64,000 nt of DNA from Verrucomicrobiia bacterium (GCA_020849895.1 JADZFN010000052.1:5797-69796); one strand, 5' to 3'; positions 1 to 10,853 are shown, numbered from the stretch's first letter. Made by a program: numbers and translations. Notes: generated by a model from the letters alone, not told the origin.

Positions 1-815
1 CGCAAAAGCTGGAAATCACGGAAGGCCGTCTCGACGTGACCCGATTGAAGGAGGTCTCGCTCGAATATCCTCTGGAGTTTCAACTGGCCCAGGACAACGT
101 GGATTTGGAGAGTCTGAGTCTCGCCAATTTCCGGCTCGATCTGGTGATCCCCGAGCAGAACATTTCCTGGGCGGCGCACGAGATCGAATTTCACCATCTC
201 GGAGGGCGGATCGCCTTCAATCTCGGCAAAGGCGCAGCGAACGACCTAGTGAACACGATCCACATCGAGCAAATCCGCTGGAAAGACCTGCCGCTCGATC
301 AGGCGTGGATGAGTTTCACCTTCACGCCGACGATCCTCAGCGGCGCCTACGGCGGGCGGATCGCCAAGGGATATCTCAACGGGGGGATTTCGTGCGGCTG
401 GTCGAGAGACGATCCGTGGGACTTCTGGGGCGCGGCGGCCAATGTGGACGCGGAAGAGGTTTGCGCGGCACTGGTGGCGAAGCGCTTCGCCATGAACGGG
501 CGGACCGAGCTGAAGTTCGCGATCAAGGGACGCCAGTCCGCCCTCGACGCCGCACTCTCCCTGCGCTCGCTCACGAAAGGGACGATGAACATCGAGGCGA
601 TGGACCTCGCGCTCGACAAGATCGAGAAGAACACCCAAGGCGCAAAACGCGAGGCGCTTCGAACGCTGCTCGGCGCCCTGCGCGATTATCCCTACGACCG
701 CTACACGCTCGAAGCGAACTACCGCAAACCGGACGCGACGCTTGCGCTCCGCGCCGAGGGGCCGCGCGGGAAGCGTTCGCTCGATCTCCGCTGGCACGGC
801 AGCGAAAAACCGTGA
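1..815 (+). CDS. hypothetical protein, 5'-truncated by window edge (C-terminal ~270 aa)
   Basis: Frame is open from position 3 to the GTG at 36 (no upstream stop in window), so the gene starts before the window. No recognisable motifs. Confidence 0.45.
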   Translation, partial: QKLEITEGRLDVTRLKEVSLEYPLEFQLAQDNVDLESLSLANFRLDLVIPEQNISWAAHEIEFHHLGGRIAFNLGKGAANDLVNTIHIEQIRWKDLPLDQAWMSFTFTPTILSGAYGGRIAKGYLNGGISCGWSRDDPWDFWGAAANVDAEEVCAALVAKRFAMNGRTELKFAIKGRQSALDAALSLRSLTKGTMNIEAMDLALDKIEKNTQGAKREALRTLLGALRDYPYDRYTLEANYRKPDATLALRAEGPRGKRSLDLRWHGSEKP

Positions 816-907
816 GGGAGCGACGGAGAGAGGGCGCGCGGAGGACCGGCCGCGCGATCGGGAAACGCCGCCTTCGTTTTCGCGGCCATTGAGGAAATCC
901 GGCCCCG

Positions 908-1726
908 CTACGAACGGCCGCGGGAAGAGGGCGCGGCGGAGGCGTAGGCACTGGCGCGCGCAGCGTAATCGCGGATCCCCTCGGCGATCGCCCGAGCGAG
1001 CTTCTCCTGATGGGCTTCCGTGGTGATGCGTACGCCCTCCTCAGGGTTCGAGAGGAAACCGGCCTCGATGAGCACCGCGGGAATCGGACTCTGGCGGAGA
1101 ACGACGAACCATGCCTCCTTGACGCCTCGGTTGGCCAAGCCGGGAATTTCCTCGAGACGCGCGCCGATGCATCGAGCGAGAGTCAAATTGCTCGGACGCG
1201 CATCGTTGACGGTCGCGTAGCCGGAGGGCGCACGGGAACCCGCCGTCGAACGCCCGCCCCGACGCGGCATCACGTAGATCTCGAACCCATGCGGGCGGCG
1301 ATGAGCGGCGGAAAGTTTCTTGGCCTGCTGCTTCGACGAACTGCGATTGAAATGGATGCTGACGAAGATCCAGTCGCGATACTCGGGGTGCGACGCGATG
1401 GCCGTCCGCTCCTCGAGAGTCAGGAAGGTGTCCGAATTCCGCGTCAAAACCGTGCCGAACCCCGCCTGGCGCAGATGGGAGGCGGTCTTGCGGGCGACGG
1501 CAAGCGTGCCGGTCTTTTCCTTGAAACCACCGGCAGCGATTGCGCCCCAACACTCCTCGCGGGAGCCCTCCGGAGGATTTCCTCCGTGACCGGCGTCGAG
1601 AATCACGCCGCGCACCGGCGCGAGCGGACCGTTGTCCGAGGAGTCCGTGGTGACGCACCCCGACAGCAAAACGAGCAAACTCGATCCCGCAACCGCGGGG
1701 AATGCGCGGAAAAGCGTGTGATGCAT
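908..1726 (-). CDS. N-acetylmuramoyl-L-alanine amidase (AmiC/Amidase_3 family), lipoprotein
   Basis: Amidase_3-like motifs (GVILDAGHGG, EAGFLSNPEE). Internal Met followed by lipobox-like signal (LLVLLSGC). Upstream extension in the track is probably not translated. Confidence 0.7.
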   Translation of the reverse strand: MHHTLFRAFPAVAGSSLLVLLSGCVTTDSSDNGPLAPVRGVILDAGHGGNPPEGSREECWGAIAAGGFKEKTGTLAVARKTASHLRQAGFGTVLTRNSDTFLTLEERTAIASHPEYRDWIFVSIHFNRSSSKQQAKKLSAAHRRPHGFEIYVMPRRGGRSTAGSRAPSGYATVNDARPSNLTLARCIGARLEEIPGLANRGVKEAWFVVLRQSPIPAVLIEAGFLSNPEEGVRITTEAHQEKLARAIAEGIRDYAARASAYASAAPSSRGRS

Positions 1727-2001
1727 AAGGCCCCATACCCACATTCCGCTTGAAAGGCAATGCCGAGAAGCGAAAAAAAACAAGGCGAGTTCCGCTTCCC
1801 AGCATCAGGAAAATCCATGGCGCCGCCAGGCGCAGGCGATGCGCCGCTGGCGGCGGGAATCCCATGGACCTCGACACGTCGCGCAACGGCGAACGGCGGC
1901 GGAGAGGGCCTGTCGGCAGATTCCCTCGTGTCGCACACCCGAATCGTTCGGTTTCCGAAATGCCCTTTGCGCGCCGAAAGGACCTGCGGCATAGTGAAGC
2001 C

Positions 2002-2940
2002 ATGTCCGATCCGAAGCTCGTCGAAAACATCCTTCGCTCCTACCGCGAGCATGGGGGAATCAACCATCTCGACGGCGCCAATCTCCCTTCCCGCGAGGCG
2101 GTGGCCGACATCCTCCGCGATTTGCTTCGCCTCGTCTTTCCCGGCTTCTACGGCCACGCCGCCCTCCCCTCCGATCAGATCGCTGACGGCGTCGCCGAAA
2201 CGCTCTCCTCCGTCTCGCGCAAGCTGGTTCGAGAGATCCGCAAGAGCCTGGAATACCGGCGGCCCGCGCCGGCGACAGACGGCCGGGACCTGAACGTCCC
2301 CATCGAAGCTCGACGGATCGCGGAGGATTTCCTCGCCGATCTTCCCCGTATTCGCGAGCTGTTGGCGTCGGACGTGCAGGCGGCGTACGAAGGCGATCCG
2401 GCCGCGATGAGCCACGACGAAGTCATCGTCGCCTATCCGGGACTCAAGGCGATCGCCGTCCAGCGCATGGCGCATCAACTCTATCAGGCGCGCGTCGCGC
2501 TCATCCCGCGGATGATGACGGAATGGGCGCACTCGCGCACTGGAATCGACATCCATCCGGGCGCCCGGATCGGCAACCGCTTCTTCATTGATCACGGAAC
2601 GGGCGTGGTGATCGGCGAGACCACCGTGATCGGCACCGGGGTGAAGATCTATCAGGGTGTTTCCCTCGGCGCAAAGAGCTTTCAAAAAGACCCCTCCGGA
2701 CGCCTAGTCAAAGGCACCAAACGCCATCCGGACGTCGAGGACGGAGTGACGCTCTACGCGAACGCCACCATCCTCGGTGGCGACACGACGATCGGCGCGC
2801 GCTCGACGATCGCGGCGAACGTCTTTCTCACCCGTTCCGTGCCGCCGGACTCCCTGGTCTTCTACGAGGAGGCGGACCTCCGCATCGTTCCGAAACGACG
2901 CGCGGGCGGCGAAGCCGTTGCGTTCGATTACGCGATCTGA
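2002..2940 (+). CDS. cysE: serine O-acetyltransferase (long form with N-terminal SATase_N domain)
   Basis: Hexapeptide-repeat left-handed beta-helix C-terminus (IHPGARIGNRFFIDHGTGVVIGETTVIGTGVKIYQGVSLG) and SATase N-terminal motifs (ILRSYREHGG). ATG at 2002 chosen over the long upstream extension. Confidence 0.85.
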   Translation: MSDPKLVENILRSYREHGGINHLDGANLPSREAVADILRDLLRLVFPGFYGHAALPSDQIADGVAETLSSVSRKLVREIRKSLEYRRPAPATDGRDLNVPIEARRIAEDFLADLPRIRELLASDVQAAYEGDPAAMSHDEVIVAYPGLKAIAVQRMAHQLYQARVALIPRMMTEWAHSRTGIDIHPGARIGNRFFIDHGTGVVIGETTVIGTGVKIYQGVSLGAKSFQKDPSGRLVKGTKRHPDVEDGVTLYANATILGGDTTIGARSTIAANVFLTRSVPPDSLVFYEEADLRIVPKRRAGGEAVAFDYAI

Positions 2941-2952
2941 CGGCGCCGCCGG

Positions 2953-3621
2953 TCAGAAGCGGTAGCCGAAAGTCAGCTGCGGCCCGGCGGCATCGAGCGA
3001 ACGATTCTTGCGGGCGGGCTCCGAAAGGCCGCCGTTCGAGAAGTGGGTGTAGTTGCCCGCCAAACGCAGGAACCACGATGGACTGATGTCGTAGCGAAAC
3101 CCCAGCCCGATGCCGAAGTTGAAGCAGAAGTCCTGCCCTTGGCCCTGCTGCCCCTTCGAGAGATCGGTATAGCCCCGGGAATCGGCGAAGCCGAACCCGA
3201 CGTTGCCCTCGATGAAGGGGACGATATCCCAACCGGGCTGGACGAAGTTGTAGCGCGGGCCGTACTGCATTCCCACGAAGCGATCTTCGATCCCGCTCTT
3301 GACCGCCATGCCGAACCCACGAAAGACGAACTCGGTGTATCCGCGGAGGATGCCGTCGAGCTCCTTGTCCATCGAGATGTCGTCCAGCTTCAGCGACAAG
3401 GTGAGCTCCGCGGGAACGAGGGTGTATCCCTTGTTGTTCGTGCGGATGTCCGAAACCAAAATACCGGTTCCGGTCTCAAGGGAGAGGTCGTAGTCCTTGG
3501 CGACGTCGGAAGACTTGACCGATCCGAGGCGCGCCTTCCTGACGGCGAGCGCATCGTCCGCCTGAAGGGCGTAAGGGGCCAGAGCCAACGACAGCACGAG
3601 GAAGAAGATGGGAGTTTTCAT
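2953..3621 (-). CDS. outer-membrane beta-barrel, lipid A 3-O-deacylase PagL-like (acyloxyacyl hydrolase)
   Basis: Signal peptide, alternating beta-strand pattern, C-terminal aromatic residue (…FGYRF), and HFSNGG motif resembling the PagL HxSNG catalytic motif. Confidence 0.55.
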   Translation of the reverse strand: MKTPIFFLVLSLALAPYALQADDALAVRKARLGSVKSSDVAKDYDLSLETGTGILVSDIRTNNKGYTLVPAELTLSLKLDDISMDKELDGILRGYTEFVFRGFGMAVKSGIEDRFVGMQYGPRYNFVQPGWDIVPFIEGNVGFGFADSRGYTDLSKGQQGQGQDFCFNFGIGLGFRYDISPSWFLRLAGNYTHFSNGGLSEPARKNRSLDAAGPQLTFGYRF

Positions 3622-3730
3622 CGTCATAATCTTTAAAGCTGAAAGCATTCTTCGGTCTTAATCAAGCGGATTTTTAAATCGCACGCGTTGCGTCTTTTCC
3701 TCCCGCTCCTCTTCCGCTAGTCTGTGGATC

Positions 3731-4339
3731 ATGAAAACCCCATTCGCGGTGGAATGGACCATGCGCCAGGCATGGCGCGCGACCCCTGAGGCGGGTCTCG
3801 AATGCGCGGTGGTGCGGGCGGGATGGACCGCCGACGCGCTCCTCGTGGAAGCCGACTTGGGCGACCGCGCCGCCTTCAACCCTGCCAAGGCCTTCAACGA
3901 GGTCGCCTACACGAAAGGCGACGTATTCGAAATCTTCGTGCGCCCCGAGACGCAGGAGGCCTACTTTGAAATCCACATCACGCCGGAGAATCAGGTCCTT
4001 CAGCTTCGCTTCGCCGATTCCCACGCGATCCGGCAGATCCGCGCCGGCAGAACGGAAGAGGAGAAACTCGGCCCCTACATGGTTTGGGAACCGCGCATCA
4101 CGAGCGAGACCCGCGTGGACGCCGCGGCAAAAATGTGGCACGTCCGGGCGCTCGTGCCAACGGCGATGGTGTCAGAAAAAGGTCCCATGAAACCTGGAGA
4201 CCGATGGCTCTGCTCTTTCTGCCGCTACGACTACACCCAGGGCGCGAAATCCCCCATCCTCTCCTCGACTTCGCCCCACGTCGAGTGCAATTTCCACCGG
4301 CAGCAGGAGTGGCAGCCGATCGTCTTCTCGGGAGTGTGA
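3731..4339 (+). CDS. hypothetical protein, CBM9/DOMON-like fold suspected
   Basis: No clear catalytic motifs. Weak resemblance to DOMON-like type-9 carbohydrate-binding modules. Divergent from the PagL-like gene. Confidence 0.35.
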   Translation: MKTPFAVEWTMRQAWRATPEAGLECAVVRAGWTADALLVEADLGDRAAFNPAKAFNEVAYTKGDVFEIFVRPETQEAYFEIHITPENQVLQLRFADSHAIRQIRAGRTEEEKLGPYMVWEPRITSETRVDAAAKMWHVRALVPTAMVSEKGPMKPGDRWLCSFCRYDYTQGAKSPILSSTSPHVECNFHRQQEWQPIVFSGV

Positions 4340-4411
4340 ACCTCGCCGCACCGCCCTCTGGACGGAGCGCGGCGGCGCGCGCCCGCCCCACGGCGGGACA
4401 CGTCCACAAAG

Positions 4412-4966
4412 TCAGGGCGCCGGAGGAGCGTCCATCGGCTGAACGCGAACCGAACGCGCGTCGAAGAGCTCGCCGATCTTGTCGTCCACAAAGATGTCGA
4501 GGAGACGCCAGCGGTCGCCGGGACGGTAATACGAAAACCTCCAGCGGAGAGGAAAGTTTTCCGACCAGCTCAGGCAAACGATCTGCATAAGGCTCATTCC
4601 GACGCGACGCTGTTCGATGGTCTCGAAGCCGAGGATCGGCCCGTAGGTGGCGATCGCTTCGCGCGTCTGCTTCTTGAGCGCCCTGACGTCGTCTTCGCGC
4701 CCGCGGATCCGGGTGTTCACAAGGATGAGCTCGTACGCCTCGTCCACCTTCTGTTGTTTGAGGAGGTTGAAGAAGGTGGTGATGCCTTTCTGGATGTCCT
4801 CGGGCAACGGCGGAGGAGCGGCAGGCGACGGGACCGCGAGGAGGAGGGCGAAAAGCAGGGAGGTCGCCCCGACGAACGTCGTTCGATGAATGAATCGTGC
4901 GGGGGATTTTTCCGACGCTGCGCGCGAAGGCATCCGATCGGCATTTCGCCAGAGACGCAAGTTCAT
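4412..4966 (-). CDS. hypothetical exported protein
   Basis: N-terminal hydrophobic signal (LLFALLLAVPSPAAP). No recognisable domain. Confidence 0.4.
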   Translation of the reverse strand: MNLRLWRNADRMPSRAASEKSPARFIHRTTFVGATSLLFALLLAVPSPAAPPPLPEDIQKGITTFFNLLKQQKVDEAYELILVNTRIRGREDDVRALKKQTREAIATYGPILGFETIEQRRVGMSLMQIVCLSWSENFPLRWRFSYYRPGDRWRLLDIFVDDKIGELFDARSVRVQPMDAPPAP

Positions 4967-5007
4967 GAAGGTCCAGTGCAGGGTTCGGAGTTCGAGGCTT
5001 TGACCCC

Positions 5008-6108
5008 CTACGCAAGGCCCATCGCCTCAAGGACGGCGCCCTTGGTGGCGCGCACGGTGACGGCCTTCATCTTGTGGTGCGCCACGATGTCGGGATCTTT
5101 GAGGCCGTGACCGGTGACAGTGCAAACGATGATGGGCGACGCGGGGATGAGGCTGGCACGGACTTCCGCGGCGAGAGGACAATCGGGGTGATGATGGCGG
5201 CTCGCGCTCTTCAAAAGTCCGGCGACGGACGCGGCGGAAGCGGGCTCGACGAACACGCCCTCATTCACCGCGAGCCAGAGCTGCGTCTCAAGGATTTCCT
5301 CGTCGGTAACGATGTCTATCAGACCGTTGGATTGCGCAAGCGCGACCTTGGCGGCCTGCCAGCTCGCGGGATTGCCGATGCGGATGGCGGTAGCGACCGT
5401 CTCGGGTTTCTTGACCGGTGCGTCGTAGAAGACGGGGGCGGCGCCCGCAGCCTGGAAACCCATCATGCGCGGAAGGCGGCGCGCTTTGCCCGCCTGCTTG
5501 TATTCGCGGTAGCCTTTCCAATAGGCGGTGATGTTGCCCGCGTTGCCGACGGGGATGAAGTGATAATGAGGCGCCTCGCCGAGGGCGTCCACGATCTCGA
5601 ACGCGGCGGTCTTCTGTCCCTCGATACGGTCGGGGTTGACGGAGTTGACGACGGCGACAGGATGCTCCTCGGCGACACCTCGGACGAGGTCGAGGGCGGC
5701 GTCGAAATTGCCCTTCACGGCGATCACCTGGGCGCCGCTCATCAGGGCTTGGGCGAGTTTGCCCCGGGCAATCTTGCCCTTGGGCAGAAGAACGAAACAG
5801 GCGAGCCCGGCGCGCGCCGCATACGCGGCGGCGGAAGCGGAGGTGTTGCCGGTCGAGGCGCAGATGACGGCCTTGGCGCCGCGCTCGAGAGCCTTCGAAA
5901 TGGCGATCGTCATCCCCCGGTCTTTGAAAGACCCCGTGGGATTGAGCCCTTCGCACTTCAAATACACCTTGGCATCGGGGGCGATCCTCCGGCTCAGGCG
6001 CGGCGCGAAAACGAGTGGAGTGTTCCCCTCGAGCAGGGTGACGACCGGCGTCTTCTCGCCAACCGGAAGGAAAGAGCGATAGGCTTCGAGAATTCCGCGC
6101 CAACTCAT
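5008..6108 (-). CDS. thrC: threonine synthase
   Basis: PLP-fold type II with lysine motif ([13 protein letters not shown]) and overall ThrC-like organisation. ATG at 6108 ([15 protein letters not shown]). Confidence 0.9.
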   Translation of the reverse strand: MSWRGILEAYRSFLPVGEKTPVVTLLEGNTPLVFAPRLSRRIAPDAKVYLKCEGLNPTGSFKDRGMTIAISKALERGAKAVICASTGNTSASAAAYAARAGLACFVLLPKGKIARGKLAQALMSGAQVIAVKGNFDAALDLVRGVAEEHPVAVVNSVNPDRIEGQKTAAFEIVDALGEAPHYHFIPVGNAGNITAYWKGYREYKQAGKARRLPRMMGFQAAGAAPVFYDAPVKKPETVATAIRIGNPASWQAAKVALAQSNGLIDIVTDEEILETQLWLAVNEGVFVEPASAASVAGLLKSASRHHHPDCPLAAEVRASLIPASPIIVCTVTGHGLKDPDIVAHHKMKAVTVRATKGAVLEAMGLA

Positions 6109-6209
6109 GACGGCGAAGGATAGACCGCGCGATTCTCGGGAACAACTCGTTTCCCGAAGGCTTCTGCAGTCGAAAGAGGTGTGGCCTTTTCGCGCGGAAA
6201 CGCCATGCT

Positions 6210-7361
6210 TTGCGGAGTATGCCGCCTCTGAGGAAGACCCCAAAACGCGCGATCCGCTCTATCGCTGCGGCCCTTCAGCCTTACGTGGTCCGGGGTTGGA
6301 TGGCGGGCGCCGTGACGCTCGTCGCGGACCGGAGCCGCATCCTCAGCCTCGACGCCGTCGGTTGGGCCGATCGCGCAAAACGACGCCGGATGACGCCCGA
6401 CACCCTGTTCTGGATCGCTTCAATCACCAAGCCGATCACCGGCGCAGGCTTCATGATGCTCGTGGACGAGGGCAAGGCGCGCGTCGGCGACCCGGTCGTG
6501 AAATACCTCCCCGAGTTCGCCGACCTCCGCGTCGTCGCGAAGCGTAGCCGCGCGCGCATGGTCCTCGTCAAGCCGAGGCGAAAAGTCGTTCTCCGCGATC
6601 TCCTCACCCATACGAGCGGAATGCCGATGCATTCGCCTCTGGAAAACCCGACGATGGACCGGCTTCCGCTCGACGTGGCGGCGCGGAGCTACGCGATGAC
6701 TCCTCTCGAATTCCATCCGGGCCGCCGCTACGCCTATTCCAACGCCGGCATCAACACCCTCGGCCGCGTCATGGAAGTCGCCGGCGGCAGACCCTACGCC
6801 GAGTTTCTCAAAAGGCGTCTCTTCCATCCGCTCGGGATGAAGGACGCTTCGTTCGTTCCGACCCGGGCGCAGCTTACCCGCCTCGCGACGTCGTACACTC
6901 CGAATCCGGCGAGGACCCGGCTCGTCGCGACGCGAATCCCCTATTTGAAATATCCCCTGGATGACCCTTCGCGACAACCGGTTCCTGGAGGCGGCCTGTT
7001 CGCCACCGCCCGCGACCTGGCGCGCTTCGCGCAGATGGTCCTCCGCGGCGGGACCTTCGGCGGAAAACGCTTCCTCTCGCGAGCCTCAGCCCTCCGGATG
7101 ACGCGCCGCCACACCTCCCGCTCCTTCGAAAACGGCTACGGCCTGGGATGGCATGTCGAAAAAGGCGCCTTCGGACACGCCGGCGCCTTCGGCTCGAAGA
7201 TGTTCCTTTATCCGGAACAGGGGCTGATCATGATTTTTCTCGTTCAACATGACGGCTGGCTCGGCGAAGGCGACACGGCGTTTGACACCTTCCGCAGGAC
7301 GGCGCTCGAAACCTGGGGCGCCCGGACCTCGGCCGCTCGCAAACATTCCAAAACTTCATGA
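6210..7361 (+). CDS. serine hydrolase, beta-lactamase (class C/PBP-like) family
   Basis: SxxK active-site motif (ASITKP) and YxN-like context typical of beta-lactamase-family esterases/peptidases. Confidence 0.7.
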   Translation: MRSMPPLRKTPKRAIRSIAAALQPYVVRGWMAGAVTLVADRSRILSLDAVGWADRAKRRRMTPDTLFWIASITKPITGAGFMMLVDEGKARVGDPVVKYLPEFADLRVVAKRSRARMVLVKPRRKVVLRDLLTHTSGMPMHSPLENPTMDRLPLDVAARSYAMTPLEFHPGRRYAYSNAGINTLGRVMEVAGGRPYAEFLKRRLFHPLGMKDASFVPTRAQLTRLATSYTPNPARTRLVATRIPYLKYPLDDPSRQPVPGGGLFATARDLARFAQMVLRGGTFGGKRFLSRASALRMTRRHTSRSFENGYGLGWHVEKGAFGHAGAFGSKMFLYPEQGLIMIFLVQHDGWLGEGDTAFDTFRRTALETWGARTSAARKHSKTS

Positions 7362-7795
7362 AACTGACTGACCTCATCCCGATCCTCCAGATGGCCATCG
7401 GCCCGGTGATCCTCATCTCCGGCGTCGGCCTGCTGCTCCTCTCGATGACGAACCGCCTCGGGCGGGTCATTGACCGCTCCCGGATCCTTTCCGAAGCCCG
7501 CCAGAAAACCGAGGGGCGCGGCCAGGCTCACATCCTCTCGCAGATCGGGATTCTGATCCGCCGCGCGCGCCTCGTGCGCCTCTCGATCGCCCTGGCGACG
7601 CTCAGCCTGCTGACCACGGCGCTGCTCGTCATCGTACTCTTCCTTGCCGCCCTCTTCGAACTCGAGATCGCGCTCACGGTCGCTTTGCTTTTCGTCGCCT
7701 GCATGGGGTTCCTGATCGGCTCGCTCATCGTGTTCCTACGCGACATCAACCTCGCGCTCGAGGCCCTCAAGCTCGATCTCGAAGGGCGGGAGTAG
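7358..7795 (+). CDS. DUF2721 family membrane protein
   Basis: Two long hydrophobic helices. Start overlaps the previous stop (ATGA-type coupling). Confidence 0.5.
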   Translation: MKLTDLIPILQMAIGPVILISGVGLLLLSMTNRLGRVIDRSRILSEARQKTEGRGQAHILSQIGILIRRARLVRLSIALATLSLLTTALLVIVLFLAALFELEIALTVALLFVACMGFLIGSLIVFLRDINLALEALKLDLEGRE

Positions 7796-7800
7796 CTCGC

Positions 7801-8244
7801 ATGCCTCCGCGCGCGCTTGTCCTCGGCTACGGCAACCCCGATCGCAACGACGACGGCGCTGGATGGGCGGCGATCGAGGCGCTGCATGCCGGTCCGCCCC
7901 CGGACACCGAACTCGACACGGCGCACCAACTCGAGGTGGAGATGGCCGAACGCATCGCGAGCTTCGATCGCGTCGTCTTCGTGGACGCCGCGGTCCCCGA
8001 ATTTCCAGAACCGCTCGCCATCTTCGAAATCGCTCCCGGCTGGCGTTCTCACGCGACGGCGCATCACCTCACCCCCGGCGACCTCCTCGCCCTCGCGGAA
8101 ACGCTCTATGGAAAGAAACCGCGCGTGACGCTCGTGACGATCCGCGGACGAGATTTCCACTTCGGCTCGACGCTCTCCCCCGAAACGCGCGCCGCCGTGG
8201 AGGAGGCCGTTCAGCGCATACGCGCCCTGCTCTCCGAGGCATGA
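7801..8244 (+). CDS. hoxW: hydrogenase maturation endopeptidase (HoxW/HycI/HyaD family)
   Basis: N-terminal GYGNPDRNDDGAG signature of [NiFe]-hydrogenase C-terminal processing proteases. About 147 aa. Confidence 0.7.
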   Translation: MPPRALVLGYGNPDRNDDGAGWAAIEALHAGPPPDTELDTAHQLEVEMAERIASFDRVVFVDAAVPEFPEPLAIFEIAPGWRSHATAHHLTPGDLLALAETLYGKKPRVTLVTIRGRDFHFGSTLSPETRAAVEEAVQRIRALLSEA

Positions 8245-8459
8245 CCGGAACAGGGAGTGAGGAGGGATGCGACGCCTCCTTTGCCGGAAGACAATCTCTC
8301 TTGCGAGAGAAGGAAAACAATCCACGGCTGGACTTTGGAAAGACCGTTTGGAGAAGGGATCGAGACCGCGCGGGTTTTTCTCCGGTCCGCGAAACGGCAC
8401 GCAGTTCGGAACGGACACCGTCGCGGCGCGAAACCCCGGGTTGCCGCCGGATCCGCGCT

Positions 8460-8900
8460 TCAGCGGGCGGCTTGCAAGGCGGCGCGTCGGACGAGGCGAC
8501 GTTTATGGAGATGGCAGAGCAGCGCGGCGAGCCAAAGCGCGCCGAGAACGGGTACCGCGCGAAAGGCCTCCACGAGCAGCTCCATCGCGGCGGCATTGGC
8601 CGGTGCACGAAACATCGCCGCGCAGGCGGCGGCGACCCAAACCCCATACACGATCTGCGCGCCGAGGAGGCAGGACTGCCCCTTGGTGTCCTTCGCATTC
8701 AAGATGGCGAAGTGCGTGATCGCGTGCGGCCACATGACGAACGGCACGTAAAAAAGCCCCGGCATCGGCGGTCGCGAGAGCAAGGCAAGCGTCCCGATGC
8801 CCGCCACCCAGATCGCGACGGCGAGGATGCCGTTCACCTTCCGCAGACGGGGTTGAGGCTGCAGACAGCGCTCGGTGTAGGCTTGGAACATGGGCTTCAT
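8460..8900 (-). CDS. hypothetical integral membrane protein
   Basis: 4 predicted TM helices, no motifs. Confidence 0.35.
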   Translation of the reverse strand: MKPMFQAYTERCLQPQPRLRKVNGILAVAIWVAGIGTLALLSRPPMPGLFYVPFVMWPHAITHFAILNAKDTKGQSCLLGAQIVYGVWVAAACAAMFRAPANAAAMELLVEAFRAVPVLGALWLAALLCHLHKRRLVRRAALQAAR

Positions 8901-9055
8901 GATTTCGCAGGCTCAAATTCGATTCAACTTCTCGACTGATCTTAAAACATGATTTTTACTTATAGCTTCTCCTCGAAGCGGCGGCAAACAATTTCCGCCA
9001 CTCGTCCGGGGCGCCGATGGCGAGGCGTTCGCCACCCGTCCCGGCGCAGCGGGAT

Positions 9056-10015
9056 TCACCGCCGGGCCGCGAGTCGGTCCCATGCGGCGGCGACTTCCTC
9101 CACGGTCAGCGCGGCCAGCGGATCGCGCGCCAGAACGAGGTGGCGCTCCTGATCGAAACAGGGGCCATGAAGCGCGGGTTTCGTCGGGCCGAAGAGACCA
9201 AGCGTCGGGCAACGCACGGCGAACGCGAGGTGCATCGGGCCGGAATCGGTGGTGAGCATCCCGCAGGCCTGACGGATGAGGACGGCGCTCTCGCGGATGG
9301 AACAGCCGCCGGGCGCAAAGTGGAGCGCAGGATCGAAACGCGGATGACGTCGGATCAGGAGAGCAGATTCGGCGTCGCCGATGAATGCGGTCGCCAGCCC
9401 CTGCCGCTCGCGAATGCGGCGCGCCATCTCGAAGAAGTTTTCCAAAGGCCACCATTTTTCGGAGCGACTCCCGAAGGCATGCATCGCCACGTAACCGCCG
9501 GTCAGCGACGCCTTCTTCAGCCACGGAAATGCCTCGCGATGGAACATGCCTTCGTCCTCCGCGTCGAGGAAGAGCTCCGTGCGCAGATCGTCCACGGGGA
9601 TGCCGACCGATTCGAGCAGGCGTTTTTTGTGGAGCATGAAGTGTTCGGGCGGATGGGTGCGCAAAATCGTATGGGTCAGGAGGCGCGCCCGCCGGCTTTC
9701 CCCCCAACCGACGCGCATCGGGGCACCCGTCCAGCGCACGAGCGGGACGATGTCCGGATCGTTCGCATGCAGGATGATCGCGAGATCGAACCTGCCGCGC
9801 CGCAGCGCGGCCAGCGTGCGGAGGAGCCCCTTGCCCTTCCCGAAGTACGGCAGGAGGCGGTCGGCATGTGGATTGCCCGAGAAAATTTCCATCCGCCGCA
9901 CATGGGCGAACATGGTGATGCGCGCCTCGGGATGGCGCTTCCGCACTGCGCGGAGAAACGGCGTGGCCATCACGGTGTCTCCGAGGGCGGTCGTGCTGAC
10001 GAGAAGGATGTTCAC
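9056..10015 (-). CDS. glycosyltransferase family 9 (LPS heptosyltransferase-like)
   Basis: GT9 N-terminal pattern (ILLVSTTALGDTVMATPFLRAVR) and C-terminal GT-B motifs (TTDSGPMHLA). Start probably GTG ~10015. Confidence 0.7.
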   Translation of the reverse strand: MNILLVSTTALGDTVMATPFLRAVRKRHPEARITMFAHVRRMEIFSGNPHADRLLPYFGKGKGLLRTLAALRRGRFDLAIILHANDPDIVPLVRWTGAPMRVGWGESRRARLLTHTILRTHPPEHFMLHKKRLLESVGIPVDDLRTELFLDAEDEGMFHREAFPWLKKASLTGGYVAMHAFGSRSEKWWPLENFFEMARRIRERQGLATAFIGDAESALLIRRHPRFDPALHFAPGGCSIRESAVLIRQACGMLTTDSGPMHLAFAVRCPTLGLFGPTKPALHGPCFDQERHLVLARDPLAALTVEEVAAAWDRLAARR

Positions 10016-10038
10016 GCGGGGAATGCCGGCGCCTCGGG

Positions 10039-10713
10039 TTAACGAAAGCGGTAGTGGAGAAACCACTCGATTTTCCCGCGATGACAGGAGACGAGTTCGC
10101 CGGCTGGCGCCTCGGCCAGCCGCGGAAACCCCCGGCCTTCGACGAGCGTCGGGGCGGTGCGCCCGCCCACCACCCGGGGAGCGAGCGTCACGAAAAGCTC
10201 GTCCACTCGTCCCGCGCGGAAGAAGGCGTCGTTGAGCGTCGGACCGCCTTCGCAGAGGACGGTGCGGCAGCGATACTCGGCGCCGAGAAGGTCGAGGAGT
10301 CGCCGGACGTCCACCTCATCGCGCCCGCATTCGAGCGCATGCGCGAGGCGGGCGAAGCGCGCGCGACGCGCGCGCGACGCGCGGCGGGAGTGGATGAGGA
10401 GGAGGGGCGCCACCGGCGCGCGGAAGATCTTCGCTGAAGGCGACACCCCCAGCGATCCGGAGACGATCACGCGGAGCGGATGTTCCCGCTGCCCGCGGCG
10501 AAGGCGCACCGCGCGGAGCCGCGGGTCCGGGATCCCCATCGTGTCGTAATCCAGCGCGGTCGCCGCGCCGACGACGAGGGCGTCGGCGCGCGCGCGCAGC
10601 GCGAACATGCGACGGCGGTCTTCGAGGCTCATGAACTCCGTCGGCTCGCGGGAGGCGGAAGTCGCCTTTCCATCAAAACTCATCGCCATATTCATGAGCA
10701 CGCGGGGACGCAT
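10039..10713 (-). CDS. RibD C-terminal domain (DHFR-like) reductase
   Basis: MSFDGK…NAD(P)-binding Rossmann-like pattern typical of the RibD_C/dihydrofolate-reductase-like family. Confidence 0.55.
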   Translation of the reverse strand: MRPRVLMNMAMSFDGKATSASREPTEFMSLEDRRRMFALRARADALVVGAATALDYDTMGIPDPRLRAVRLRRGQREHPLRVIVSGSLGVSPSAKIFRAPVAPLLLIHSRRASRARRARFARLAHALECGRDEVDVRRLLDLLGAEYRCRTVLCEGGPTLNDAFFRAGRVDELFVTLAPRVVGGRTAPTLVEGRGFPRLAEAPAGELVSCHRGKIEWFLHYRFR

Positions 10714-10853
10714 CGGGACGCCAAGGCTTGCCGAGCGGCCGCCTGCGTTCAAGCCCATCGGCAGAACGCACGAACCTCCTCCCGCATCCGCCGAAGGCGA
10801 CGGCCGACTTTTTTGTCGCGCGCCTCCGGCAGACGGGGCATAAGGGAGGCCGC

